Part shown: in pieces, positions 1 to 9,400 of the stretch
Layout of the letters: every line of letters begins with the position of its first letter
Position numbering within the stretch: position 1 is the stretch's first letter
Assembly: GCA_963698075.1 (NCBI GenBank)
Contig: OY969116.1
Location: forward strand, 798,131 to 862,130
DNA length: 64,000 nucleotides
DNA from: an uncultured Candidatus Berkelbacteria bacterium
GTDB lineage: Bacteria; Patescibacteriota; UBA1384; UBA12157; JAENIV01
Direction of reading: 5' to 3'
Notes under the pieces: model-generated
What the model was told of the DNA's origin: nothing
What the model saw: only the letters and a program-made list of their open reading frames with translations
Databases searched by the model: none
Position numbers and translations under genes: made by a program

Positions 1-102
1 GCTTTTCGGCTATATCTAATCAATTTTCGAATTATTCAATTAGGAATTATGAATTTATATTTAATTCTGAATTCTGAATTGTATAATTGACTAATTGATA
101 TT

Positions 103-723
103 ATGGCTTCACAGATTTTAGGCACAATTGGCGTTTTTATTATTTCGACTATTTCCATCCTGGGCTACGGTGGAATAATGTTTCTGATGGCGATTGAATC
201 CGCCAATATTCCCTTACCTTCGGAAATCATCATGCCGTTTTCCGGGTTTTTGGTCGCCCAGGGTCAGTTTAATTTATGGTTGGTTGGTTTTGTCGGCGCC
301 ATTGGTTGTGTTATTGGTTCAATTTTTTCTTATTGGTTGGGCATGGTCGGAGGCAGGCCCTTGATTGAGCGCTATGGCAAATATATTTTAATTTCCCATC
401 ATGATTTAGATTTAACCGATTCTTGGTTTAAAAAAAGAGGCGAAATCACCGTTTTTATCGGGCGCCTCCTACCGATTGTGCGGACCTTTATTTCTTTCCC
501 CGCGGGCATTGCCAAAATGCCTTTTGGCCGTTTTGTTATTTACAGTCTCTTGGGCTCTTTGCCATGGTGTTTATTGCTTGCTTTTATCGGTCAAAAAATG
601 GGCCAAAATTGGGAAAATTTACGGCCCATTTTTCACCGGTTTGATTACGTTATCTTAGGATTCATAATTCTTGGGGCTATCTGGTGGATTTGGCGCCACC
701 TAAGACAAAATTCTAAGCACTAA
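103..723 (+). CDS. DedA/TVP38 (SNARE-associated) family membrane protein
   Basis: 206 aa, several TM segments; DedA-like motifs (GGRPLIERYGKY...FIGRLLPIVRTFISFPAG). Confidence 0.75.
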   Translation: MASQILGTIGVFIISTISILGYGGIMFLMAIESANIPLPSEIIMPFSGFLVAQGQFNLWLVGFVGAIGCVIGSIFSYWLGMVGGRPLIERYGKYILISHHDLDLTDSWFKKRGEITVFIGRLLPIVRTFISFPAGIAKMPFGRFVIYSLLGSLPWCLLLAFIGQKMGQNWENLRPIFHRFDYVILGFIILGAIWWIWRHLRQNSKH

Positions 724-739
724 ATTCTAAATCCTAAAT

Positions 740-850
740 AAATTCCCACTGCCGAGGGCAAGGCATTCAATTCAAAAAATTTTAAACATTAGAGCATTGG
801 AATTTAGATATTGTTTAGAAATTAGATATTAGAAATTAGGATTTTCTTTA
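740..850. repeat. AT-rich dispersed intergenic repeat (TTAGARCATTGGAATTTAGATATT.TTTAGAA.TTAGA..AATTAGGATTT)
   Basis: Near-identical ~60-bp copy at 20235-20310 and a reverse-orientation relative at 49795-49960. Confidence 0.6.
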
Positions 851-1678
851 ATCCAGGGCCATATCTTCAGGTTCTGCCTCTTCTTTTTCCCCAGCATATT
901 GAGCTGGTGGATTTTTATCATCAGGGGCAGTTTTTTCTTTATCAGAAATTTTGCCATCGAGTCCCTTTGCCGCCATTGTCGTTTCATCCGGAGCAAATTC
1001 GACGTTTACCTGATCAAGTCCTTCAGTTTTTTCCTGAACCGGCGGTAAGGTGGTTAGAGGTTTATTCGGAATTCCCGCTGGTTCTGGCCTCGAAGGTTCT
1101 TTGGGCATGACCAGTTCTCCTGGTTCACCCTGAGGTTTCTCGAAGGGTTTTTCCGTGGTTGGTTTAGGTGGCGGGGGAATTGGACTAGGTTTTGGTGGTG
1201 GCGGCGCTGGTGGTGTCGGTTTTGGTTCTATCTTAGGTGGAGGTGGCGGCCAAGGTTTTTCTTCTTTGGGTTTTGGTGGCTGGGGAGCAGCGAACCCGGC
1301 GGGTTTACCCTGAGCAGAGTCGAAGGGCTTGGGTGGCTCGCCTCGATTCGGCGAAGCGGGTGGCGGAGGAGGCTTAACCGGCGGTGTCATTGGTTTCGGT
1401 GGTGGTGTGGGAACAGTCGAAGGCGGGTGCTCAACCATCGGCGGTAGGCCGACTTTTTCCGGCGCCTTTTTAATTTCTTCCTTGATGTCGGCTTTTTGAA
1501 TCTGACCGCCAGTAATTAATTCTAAATATTTGGCATCAATAATCGCCACCGCCGGCTTACCGCCCTTAGTTAGAACAAAAAGCTTATCTTTTTGAACTTC
1601 AGCTACAATTTGCGAAAAATGATCTCGGGCGTAGGTTAGGGGAATGATGTTTTCTAAAGAAACCTTGAGTTCGTTCAT
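848..1678 (-). CDS. Phd/YefM-family antitoxin-like domain fused to a long Pro-rich low-complexity tail
   Basis: N-terminal ~80 aa resembles Phd/YefM antitoxins (VSLENIIPLTYARDHFSQIV...KGGKPAVAIIDAKYLELI). C-terminal ~190 aa are PPPKP-type repeats. No cognate toxin is adjacent. Confidence 0.5.
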   Translation of the reverse strand: MNELKVSLENIIPLTYARDHFSQIVAEVQKDKLFVLTKGGKPAVAIIDAKYLELITGGQIQKADIKEEIKKAPEKVGLPPMVEHPPSTVPTPPPKPMTPPVKPPPPPASPNRGEPPKPFDSAQGKPAGFAAPQPPKPKEEKPWPPPPPKIEPKPTPPAPPPPKPSPIPPPPKPTTEKPFEKPQGEPGELVMPKEPSRPEPAGIPNKPLTTLPPVQEKTEGLDQVNVEFAPDETTMAAKGLDGKISDKEKTAPDDKNPPAQYAGEKEEAEPEDMALD

Positions 1679-1818
1679 AAACCCTCCTTAATGATACAGC
1701 CAATAAAATGCGGCCAATAAAATGCGGCCAATATAATGCGCCCAGTATAATGGTCATTTTAATCATATCAGGGATGTATTTTGACTGTCAAATGTGTCCC
1801 GTGGAGACATCCATACCC

Positions 1819-1848
1819 TTGACATTTGAGTGTTTTTATGGTATAATA
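1819..1848 (+). promoter_or_regulatory. sigma70-type promoter (TTGACA-17-TGgTATAAT)
   Basis: TTGACA at 1819-1824 and extended -10 tggTATAAT at 1839-1847, read directly from the sequence. Confidence 0.5.
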
Positions 1849-2040
1849 TGAATTACCTAAAGATAGGAAACTCTTGAGGATAGAACTGAAACGTGCTAAA
1901 CTCAAGAGCGAAGTTGACACTGAATCGGGGACGGAAAGGGGTTTGCGGTGTTGAGGCGTCTGATAGTGTTACTGGCCTGCGCTTGGGATTGGTGGGCCAA
2001 GACCGTCTTGAGCTGAAAGGATCGAAAGGAGACAAGCAAC

Positions 2041-2310
2041 ATGGCAGTCGACGGTTACGCTGCAGAGGACGAAGACATCTTCGATTGGAGCGATCTGGCC
2101 CGCTGGTATCGGGGCCATCGCTGGTTCGTCTGGGGATTCATCGGCCTGTTTTTCGGCTGGTGCATCCGCGCCGGGTTTGGCCAAGGTGGCTGGTACCAGC
2201 TCCACGCCACTTGGTACCACTACCCGCCGTCGTTGTTCTGGGGGCTTCTGGGCTGGGCGATTCAAACTCTCGGAGGGCTTCTGCTTCTCTGGGGGTTCGC
2301 GAAGAGGTAG
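2041..2310 (+). CDS. small Trp-rich membrane protein (GC-rich island A), hypothetical
   Basis: 89 aa, ~60% GC in an AT-rich background. AGGAG RBS 9 nt upstream, ~190-nt 5' leader, intrinsic terminator downstream. W/G-rich hydrophobic sequence. Confidence 0.4.
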   Translation: MAVDGYAAEDEDIFDWSDLARWYRGHRWFVWGFIGLFFGWCIRAGFGQGGWYQLHATWYHYPPSLFWGLLGWAIQTLGGLLLLWGFAKR

Positions 2311-2436
2311 GCTGCGTCGTTCACGGAGGGGATTTCGATCCCCACCACGGCCCCGCTCATCGGGGCCAAAGAGCAAGTTGTGGCTGTTGGCTCCGTTCAC
2401 AGCGGGGCAGGAGGTCGCAATTTGCTCTGTCGTACG

Positions 2437-2475
2437 GGGCCGTTCGGCGTGCAGCCGAACGGCCCGCTTTTTTAA
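2437..2475 (+). terminator. rho-independent terminator
   Basis: 12-bp GC stem GGGCCGTTCGGC/GCCGAACGGCCC, then TTTTTT. Confidence 0.6.
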
Positions 2476-2531
2476 TTTTTAGACCTGTTAATATGATTGA
2501 CATTTACCTCAAAATAGAATGCCTAAAATCC

Positions 2532-2560
2532 TTGACTTACAAGGTATTTTATGGTATACT
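2532..2560 (+). promoter_or_regulatory. sigma70-type promoter (TTGACT-17-TGgTATACT)
   Basis: Same architecture as the promoter at 1819; precedes two small ORFs. Confidence 0.45.
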
Positions 2561-2604
2561 ATATAAATAATCGGGATACTAAAAATAAAAACAAAGGAAA
2601 AGCG

Positions 2605-2790
2605 ATGAGTGAAAAATCAATCATTTCCTTCGAGCAAAAAGCAATTTTGACCGAGGAGCAAAAAAGATATCTTGGCCAAAGAGCCAGGGATTTGACCGAA
2701 GAAGAATCCGAATATATTGACTGGCAAACTAATGATCCAGAAAGACAAGAGAGAATTTCTGCTCGACACCGAAAGATGGAGACCCATTAA
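2605..2790 (+). CDS. hypothetical small acidic protein (61 aa)
   Basis: ATG at 2605 with a GGA-rich RBS; E/Q/R-rich, no recognisable domain. Confidence 0.35.
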   Translation: MSEKSIISFEQKAILTEEQKRYLGQRARDLTEEESEYIDWQTNDPERQERISARHRKMETH

Positions 2791-2800
2791 GGAGAACAGA

Positions 2801-2959
2801 ATGCCCGAGAAGGCTCCAATAGACGAACAATTAGATGAAAAGACTAAAAAGGAGATAAAAGATCTCCAAAAAGATTATACTATTGCCCCTGACGGCACAG
2901 TTGTCAAAATTAATGATTATTTTGCCAATCCCGAAACTCCAGAGAAGCAGTTAAGTTAA
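2801..2959 (+). CDS. hypothetical small protein (52 aa)
   Basis: ATG at 2801 preceded by AAGGAG; hydrophilic, no recognisable domain. Confidence 0.3.
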   Translation: MPEKAPIDEQLDEKTKKEIKDLQKDYTIAPDGTVVKINDYFANPETPEKQLS

Positions 2960-3113
2960 TAGTCCGCGGGTTAAGGTGAGGATGCTGGTTTGGGTAAAGT
3001 CATTAGTTGATTGGCAACAATACCTAAGACCTAACCTATTGACCATACTAGCTTCTTTACCCTAACCCAATAACTTTTTGCATTTTGCATTTCTAATCTG
3101 ATATAATCAGAGC

Positions 3114-4412
3114 ATGTTAGACTACCAATTGTCTACTTTTAATAATGGGCTAAAATTAATTACCGCCCCTCTGGCGAATACCCGAGCGGTCACGGTTTTG
3201 TTTTTGGCTGGTGTCGGCTCACGTTATGAGCCCAAAACGCTTAATGGTCTTTCTCATTTTCTGGAGCATATGTTTTTCAAAGGCACCGAAAAGCGCCCCA
3301 CCAATTTAGAGATCGCCAAAGCCCTGGACGCGGTCGGCGCCAGTTACAATGCTTTTACCGCTGAAGAATATACTGGTTTTTACGTCCGTGCCTCCTCCGT
3401 CCATTTTGATCTGGCCCTAGATATCTTGTTTGATATCTTGTATCAAAGCAAGTTCAGCGAAAAAGAAATTGAAAAGGAGAAGGGGGTCATTGCTGAAGAA
3501 ATTAATCTTTATCAAGATACCCCGCCGAGCTACATTGTTGATGTCGCCAAAAAACTCTTTTATGGGGAGCAGCCCCTCGGCTGGCCAGTCACCGGCGAAA
3601 AAGAGACTCTAAAAAAATTTGCTCGAAAAGACCTTTTGGCGTATCGAGATAATTTTTTCACACCTGATAATCTAATCATTGCCATCTCCGGCGGCCCTTC
3701 GACAGGCTCAGGGCAAGGCAAAAACAACCTCAATTGGCAAGAAAAAATCCATCAATTTTTCGATAAAATCACGACCAAAAAACAAGGTGATTATCTTCGA
3801 ATCAAAGAAGGACAAACCAAACCAGCAATGCTTATTCATCACAAAATTACTGACCAAGCTCATCTGATTTTAGGTTTCCGCACAATCCCGCGCACTGACG
3901 AGCGTCGGCCGATTCTTAAGGTCTTAAATAATTTGCTGGGTGAAAATATGTCTTCAAGGCTATTTAGCGAGGTGCGAGAAAGACGGGGATTGGCCTACTA
4001 TATTTCTTCGGAAATGGCGGATTTTCAAGATGCCGGCGTCTTTGGCGTTTCGGCTGGGGTTGATCTTAGCCGAGCCGAGGAAGCCATTAAAGTCATTTTA
4101 GAAGAATTTAGCAAGCTTAAAACTACCTTGGTCGGCGGCGACGAACTTAGATGTGCCAAAGAAAACCTTAAAGGCAAGCTCTATTTGAGTCTAGAAGAAT
4201 CCTTCGCCGTTGCTGATTTTTTGGCTGAACAGACGCTCTTTTGGGACAAAATTGATGATCCTGACGAATTGGTCAAAAAATATGAAAAAGTTACGGCTCA
4301 AGATATTCAAAAATTTGCCAGAAGATTTTTTATTCCTAAAAATCTTAATTTAGCCATGATTGCTCCTTTTAAAGAGTCCAATAATTTTCAAAAAATCCTA
4401 GAAAGGTTTTGA
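3114..4412 (+). CDS. M16-family zinc peptidase (insulinase-like)
   Basis: HxxEH zinc motif (HFLEHMFFKGT); 432 aa; TTGCAT-17-TATAAT promoter at ~3085-3110. Confidence 0.85.
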   Translation: MLDYQLSTFNNGLKLITAPLANTRAVTVLFLAGVGSRYEPKTLNGLSHFLEHMFFKGTEKRPTNLEIAKALDAVGASYNAFTAEEYTGFYVRASSVHFDLALDILFDILYQSKFSEKEIEKEKGVIAEEINLYQDTPPSYIVDVAKKLFYGEQPLGWPVTGEKETLKKFARKDLLAYRDNFFTPDNLIIAISGGPSTGSGQGKNNLNWQEKIHQFFDKITTKKQGDYLRIKEGQTKPAMLIHHKITDQAHLILGFRTIPRTDERRPILKVLNNLLGENMSSRLFSEVRERRGLAYYISSEMADFQDAGVFGVSAGVDLSRAEEAIKVILEEFSKLKTTLVGGDELRCAKENLKGKLYLSLEESFAVADFLAEQTLFWDKIDDPDELVKKYEKVTAQDIQKFARRFFIPKNLNLAMIAPFKESNNFQKILERF

Positions 4413-5014
4413 TGAAAAACAATGAAAAAACTCTTATTGCCATCAAACCCGAGTCCATCCAGCGTCATCTTATCGGTGAATTTATTTCTAAATTTGAAAA
4501 AAGAGGTCTGAAGTTGGTTGCCTGTAAGATGGTTGTGCCCACGAAAGTTCAAATTGAAAAACACTATCCCGATGATGAAGCCTGGTACGTTTCCTCAGGC
4601 ACCAAAACATATGAAAACTATCAAGAGCGGGGGATTGATCCCGGGATGACGCCGATTGAGTTGGCCAAACGCACTCGCCAAAGATTAATCGAGCATTTGT
4701 CGGATCGGCCGTTGTTGTTGATGGTTTGGGAAGGGCCGCATGCCGTGGCTTTGGGAAGAAAAACTGCTGGCGCCACCAATCCTTTGATCGCGGATATTGG
4801 CTCGATTCGAGGTGATTATAGCGCTGAAAGTTATGAACTGGCCGATGACATTGAACGTGCCATTCACACTCTCATTCATGCCTCTGGTTCTCCCAAAGAG
4901 GCTGAGACGGAAATTAAGCTCTGGTTTTCCAAAGACGAAATTCTCGATTATGATTTAATCACCGAAAATGTTTTTTATACCAAAGAATGGGGCAAAGTCA
5001 AAAAGAAGAAATAA
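4409..5014 (+). CDS. ndk: nucleoside-diphosphate kinase-like protein
   Basis: NDK-like N-terminus (TLIAIKPESIQRHLIGEFISKFEKRGLKLVA) with insertions; ATGA overlap with the upstream gene. Confidence 0.65.
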   Translation: MMKNNEKTLIAIKPESIQRHLIGEFISKFEKRGLKLVACKMVVPTKVQIEKHYPDDEAWYVSSGTKTYENYQERGIDPGMTPIELAKRTRQRLIEHLSDRPLLLMVWEGPHAVALGRKTAGATNPLIADIGSIRGDYSAESYELADDIERAIHTLIHASGSPKEAETEIKLWFSKDEILDYDLITENVFYTKEWGKVKKKK

Positions 5015-5026
5015 AGTGGTTAAACT

Positions 5027-6118
5027 ATGTTAAGAGCTTATTTACCACCTTTAATTATTTCTGCCTTGATGGTTTTTGGGCTGACTTATTACGTCAAAAT
5101 CCTGGCGGAAAAATTTAAAATTTTTGATTGGCCGGCTCCCAGAAAAATCCATCCCAAACCGATTCCACGTTTGGGTGGGATGGCGATTGTGGTCGCTTTT
5201 TTAATTTTGGTCATCGGCTATTCCTTGGCCTCTCACCGGCTCAATTTCTCCGGGTTTGAGATTTTAAAGGTTGATAAAAGACTAGTCGGCGTGATTTTGG
5301 GTCTTTTGATTTTACTGACTGTTGGCATTTTTGATGATATTCGGGGGATCAGGCCCTGGAAGAAATTGTTTTGGCATATTTTAGCCGCCGCCATGGTTGT
5401 CCTTTTCGGTCTTTCGGTCAGTTATGTCCGTTTGCCCTTTGGTGAACATCTTGATTTGACGACTTTACAAATCCCGATCTCGCTCTTCGATCACGGTTTT
5501 AACTTTGTCGTCTGGGGCGATTTGTTGACCATTTTTTGGATCGTTCTTTTGATTAATACTTTTAATTTTCTCGATGGACTCGATGGTTTATCTTCGGGGA
5601 TTGCCGCCATCACCGGAGGGGTGATTTTTTTCTTAAGTTTAGCCTTAGTCCAAGACGCCAATGCCTTGTTGGCCGTTTTAATTACGGGGGTATGTCTTGG
5701 TTTTTTGCCCTGGAATTTTAACCCAGCCAGAATCTTCTTGGGTGATTCCGGTTCGATGAGCCTGGGTTTTTTAATCGGAGTTTTATCAATCATTTCCGGC
5801 GGGAAACTGGCAACCGCTTTTTTGGTTTTGGGAATTCCGGTTTTGGATGTTGGATGGGTAGTGTTAAGGCGATTATTTAGTGGGATTTCGCCTTTTGCGG
5901 CGGATAAAAAACATCTTCACCATCGCTTATTAACCGCCGGTCTTTCCCAGCGTCAGGCAGTCATTGTCTTGTATTTGATTGCGATTGTCTTTGGTTCGGT
6001 GGCAGTGGTGGCTTCCACCCAAGCAAAAATTAATGCCATTTTGATCCTTTCGGGGCTGATGGCCGCTTTAGCTTTGGTTTTAGTTAGATTAGAATGGAGA
6101 AAGAGAGATAAAATCTAA
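5027..6118 (+). CDS. WecA/TagO/MraY-family polyprenyl-phosphate N-acetylhexosamine-1-phosphate transferase
   Basis: PRLGG, DDxxG, NxxNFLDGLDGL and GDSGS motifs in a multi-TM protein. Confidence 0.8.
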   Translation: MLRAYLPPLIISALMVFGLTYYVKILAEKFKIFDWPAPRKIHPKPIPRLGGMAIVVAFLILVIGYSLASHRLNFSGFEILKVDKRLVGVILGLLILLTVGIFDDIRGIRPWKKLFWHILAAAMVVLFGLSVSYVRLPFGEHLDLTTLQIPISLFDHGFNFVVWGDLLTIFWIVLLINTFNFLDGLDGLSSGIAAITGGVIFFLSLALVQDANALLAVLITGVCLGFLPWNFNPARIFLGDSGSMSLGFLIGVLSIISGGKLATAFLVLGIPVLDVGWVVLRRLFSGISPFAADKKHLHHRLLTAGLSQRQAVIVLYLIAIVFGSVAVVASTQAKINAILILSGLMAALALVLVRLEWRKRDKI

Positions 6119-6228
6119 GGAAGGGAAATGGAAAAGAGATCTTGTCAACGGACTTTACTAATCATTCTTATAATTTTAGTTATTTTAGGCATGGTTGGCG
6201 TCTTCGTCGGCCAGATTTGGAAGTAGAT

Positions 6229-6984
6229 TTAGTTTTTCTTTGCCATTCTCCAGGCCATTTCAAAGAAATTTCGATATGAGTTCGCAATATTTTCGCTCTC
6301 AATTAAGATCACAAAAACCTCTTTTCTAAGCGAGAAAATCGCCAGTTTATTGCCAAAAATCATATTATCGTTTTCTTGAAATTCAATCCCTCTGGGAAAA
6401 AACCTGATTTGATGGTTTGGATTGGCATTTTGGCTAATTTTTTTAAGATAATCAGAATCTTTCAGTTCTTCTTTCATCAAAATTTCTCGGGCTTTGAATC
6501 TTTTATTTTTCATCGCCCGAACCCACATATCGAGCAAATCTTTATATTCCTCCAAAAAATGCTTGGTAGAGCCAAAGTAGAGGACTTCTTTGCCGGTTTT
6601 AAGATTTTCTGCCATCTCTCGGTAGATTAACTCCACGCCCGCCCGGCCCTCAAAAACCTGAATCGAGGGCTTATGGGGCTGCTCATGATAAAACCTGTCT
6701 AATTCAGGTAGGACTTTTTCCAGGGTATCTTTTTGTTTTTCGATTTTCAAGAGTAATTTAGTCGGGGAAATAACTGAATAAAAGGTAACTTTGGGAGTTT
6801 TTTTGATGGCAACTAAACCGTGTTTTTTGAGTTTTTCTAAGATAAAATAAACGGTTGAGCGCTTAAGACCGCTTCTTTGGGCGAGATTGTAGGCCGTCTC
6901 CTGACCCATTTTAAGGGAGGCGAGATAGACCTTCGCCTCCTTTTCATTTAAACCGATTGTCTCCAAAACCTCTTCAATCCTCAT
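6229..6984 (-). CDS. TrmB-family transcriptional regulator
   Basis: N-terminal TrmB winged HTH (LNEKEAKVYLASLKMGQETAYNLAQRSGLKRSTVYFILEKL). Confidence 0.75.
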   Translation of the reverse strand: MRIEEVLETIGLNEKEAKVYLASLKMGQETAYNLAQRSGLKRSTVYFILEKLKKHGLVAIKKTPKVTFYSVISPTKLLLKIEKQKDTLEKVLPELDRFYHEQPHKPSIQVFEGRAGVELIYREMAENLKTGKEVLYFGSTKHFLEEYKDLLDMWVRAMKNKRFKAREILMKEELKDSDYLKKISQNANPNHQIRFFPRGIEFQENDNMIFGNKLAIFSLRKEVFVILIESENIANSYRNFFEMAWRMAKKN

Positions 6985-7099
6985 ATCTTAAGTATACCAT
7001 AAATAGGAGCCAGTGTCAATATTTTCGACAACACTATAAACGACATAAGATTACAATACTTCAATAAACCATATAAACACGCATAAATAGTCTAAAGTA

Positions 7100-7128
7100 T
7101 TGACAATATCGAGGGCATATGGTATACT
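7100..7128 (+). promoter_or_regulatory. sigma70-type promoter (TTGACA-17-TGgTATACT)
   Basis: TTGACA at 7100-7105 and TATACT at 7123-7128, directly upstream of GC-rich island B. Confidence 0.5.
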
Positions 7129-7170
7129 CTATAGTTGTAAAATCGAACCTTGACAAGAAGGGAGAAAAGG

Positions 7171-7392
7171 GTGTCATATTCCGTTGATATGTGCTTATTG
7201 TTACTGGTTAGTTGCTTCGTCATCTTGATATTGGTTGTAGTCGGATTCGGCATCTGGTTTGATTTGCGGCATGAAGCGGGTAAGAAAATCCCACCTTTTT
7301 GGTTTCGTGTCTACCTGCTGCTGGTCTGGTGCTGGTTGTTTATTACTGTTTGGGTTCTAGCGGCAAAACACATAAAGGAGTGTTTCCGATGA
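7171..7392 (+). CDS. small two-TM Trp-rich membrane protein (island B), hypothetical
   Basis: GTG start with a GGGAG RBS. Its stop overlaps the downstream start in an ATGA junction, so the two genes are translationally coupled. Confidence 0.4.
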   Translation: MSYSVDMCLLLLVSCFVILILVVVGFGIWFDLRHEAGKKIPPFWFRVYLLLVWCWLFITVWVLAAKHIKECFR

Positions 7393-8795
7393 AAGATGCT
7401 CTGATTTCCCCTCAGGAATTCAAGGCCAATCCGTATCTCGATCCGGACTGGGAGGAATCGACCGGACTGGGTTATCTCGGAGCCGTAGCCCAAGAAATGG
7501 GCCATGAGGTCAAGCTCTTTGTGCCAACTACCGAGACGCTGTCCGAACTCTGCCGCGAGGTGATCGCCTGGAAGCCGGATGTCGTCGGTCTGCAACTCTA
7601 CACCTGCCAAGTGCCTGACGGACTGGCGATGACCAAGAGAATCAGAAAGGCTTTGCCTAGCGCGCTTATCGTGGCCGGAGGGCCTCACCCGAGCGCCCTG
7701 CCGAATGTCATCTCTGAATCAGCTATTGACCTGGCCGTAATCGGTGAGGGCGAAGAGACCTGGCGCGAGATTCTAAGAGTCTGTGAGGCCGGAAGTCGGG
7801 ATTTCAGTCAGATTCAAGGGCTCGCTTACAAGGACAGGGGCGGAAGAGTAACTCGGACTGAGTCAAGACCAAGAATTGATGATCTCGGAAAGTTGCCCTC
7901 GTCACCAATGAGGATTGACCCGCGCCAGTTCCGATACCAGCCAGGCGATCCTTGCAGTCTCTACTATCCGGAACCCTCGAGAGTCATATGTATTTCGGAT
8001 GTGGCTGGTAGGGGTTGCACCCACAACTGTCGTTTCTGCAGTTCCCCGAAGCTCTGGGAACGTTGCTACAAGGTTCGTTCTTGTGGTGACGTAGCTGAGG
8101 AGAGCTTCGTTGGTCCCAAAGAGAAATGGGGAGTCAACCTAGTTTTCATGGAAGACCTGACATTTTCGCTGGCTCCAAAATGGGTTGAGTTGTTCTGCAA
8201 GCAGCTTCTCGTGCGGAAGATTAACATGAACTGGTGGTGCCAGACAACGGTGCGATCAGTCACGCCAGAACTTCTGGCGTTGATGCGAAAGGCTGGCTGC
8301 CGGACGGTCGCCTGGGGAATTGAAGCAACAGATGAAGCCAGCCAAAAGTGGATGGGCGAGAAGCAATCTCTAGAGGAGACGAGGTTGGTGCTAGATGCGG
8401 CGGCCAAGCTCGGCATCATCAACTGGGGCTACGTGGTATTTGCTTGGCCTACCCAGACGCTCGATGCGGTCTGGAGAAATGCGATGGAACTTCGAAAACT
8501 CAACCTCCACCGCATCCGGCTTTCAATCGCCACCCCATTGCCTGGTTCGGAATGGTTCGACGATTTCCATGCTGGTGAGCTCTCGACCGACTGGCGGCTC
8601 TTTGACACCGACCACCTCGTCTTTGACCACCCACACATCGGTCCAACCGAGATCCGTGAGGTCCGGGCCGAGATCTTCAGCCAGTTCTACTCGTCGAAGG
8701 CATATCGAGGGCGCGTCGAGCAGTTCGTGGCCCGTTTTCCGGAGCTCGAGCAGAGCTTCACCGAATTCTTCGCCTACACCATGAAGTTCGTGTAG
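7389..8795 (+). CDS. B12-binding domain radical SAM enzyme
   Basis: N-terminal cobalamin-binding domain (DVVGLQ...IVAGGPHPS) and radical SAM cluster motif CTHNCRFC; ~57% GC. Confidence 0.8.
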   Translation: MKDALISPQEFKANPYLDPDWEESTGLGYLGAVAQEMGHEVKLFVPTTETLSELCREVIAWKPDVVGLQLYTCQVPDGLAMTKRIRKALPSALIVAGGPHPSALPNVISESAIDLAVIGEGEETWREILRVCEAGSRDFSQIQGLAYKDRGGRVTRTESRPRIDDLGKLPSSPMRIDPRQFRYQPGDPCSLYYPEPSRVICISDVAGRGCTHNCRFCSSPKLWERCYKVRSCGDVAEESFVGPKEKWGVNLVFMEDLTFSLAPKWVELFCKQLLVRKINMNWWCQTTVRSVTPELLALMRKAGCRTVAWGIEATDEASQKWMGEKQSLEETRLVLDAAAKLGIINWGYVVFAWPTQTLDAVWRNAMELRKLNLHRIRLSIATPLPGSEWFDDFHAGELSTDWRLFDTDHLVFDHPHIGPTEIREVRAEIFSQFYSSKAYRGRVEQFVARFPELEQSFTEFFAYTMKFV

Positions 8796-8801
8796 GTTTG
8801 G

Positions 8802-8836
8802 GCCCCGTCTAGATGTTTAGACGGGGCTTCTTTTTT
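8802..8836 (+). terminator. rho-independent terminator
   Basis: GCCCCGTCTA-gatgttt-TAGACGGGGC, then a T-run. Confidence 0.6.
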
Positions 8837-8865
8837 AACTGAAGAATTGATAAGATAGAATTAGA

Positions 8866-9399
8866 ATGAAAGACCAATCTCAATTTACTTTTGAAGGTCA
8901 GCGGACGGATGAGGATGTGATTTTTGTTTTAAAACAACATCCCTGGGTACTTTCGAATGCTGGTTTTATCGGGGTTGTTTTGGTTATTGTGTTGATTTTA
9001 GCGATCTTATTTTGGGGTCTTTCGGCCATTACCAGCATCGTAATTATTTTGATCGTGCTCTTTGTTTTTGTCTATGGTGGCTATCGTTGGTTTTTATATA
9101 ATAATTCACTCTATATCTTAACCAATCAAAGAATGATTATCATGGAGCAGGCCAACCTTTTTTCTAGACGTTTAAATGAAACCGAATTAGATAAAATTCA
9201 AAATATGGTGGCCGAAATTAAAGGTCCAATTAAAACTTTCTTAAATTTCGGCAACATAAAAATTACCACCGCTGGCGTTGATCCGATCATCATAATTAAA
9301 AATGTCGAAAACCCTTACGAAGTTCAGCAGAAAATCATTAAATATAGTAAGAACATTCCTACGCTTTCATCACCGCCGAATAAAAATATTATTCGATAA
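8866..9399 (+). CDS. membrane protein with bacterial PH (bPH_2/YdbT-like) domain
   Basis: FTFEGQRTDEDVIFVLKQHPWVL motif followed by TM helices. Confidence 0.5.
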   Translation: MKDQSQFTFEGQRTDEDVIFVLKQHPWVLSNAGFIGVVLVIVLILAILFWGLSAITSIVIILIVLFVFVYGGYRWFLYNNSLYILTNQRMIIMEQANLFSRRLNETELDKIQNMVAEIKGPIKTFLNFGNIKITTAGVDPIIIIKNVENPYEVQQKIIKYSKNIPTLSSPPNKNIIR

Positions 9400-9400
9400 A

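Noticed and set aside
1893-2570. Multiple long overlapping ORFs on both strands within GC-rich islands (e.g. 1893..2570 +, 1969..2400 -, 2177..2482 +, 7311..7688 -, 8066..8422 -, 8395..8784 +, 22942..23448 -, 23905..24480 -, 25482..25760 -).
   Set aside because: High GC suppresses stop codons in all frames. These overlap better-supported genes that have an RBS or domain hits, and they show no motifs themselves.
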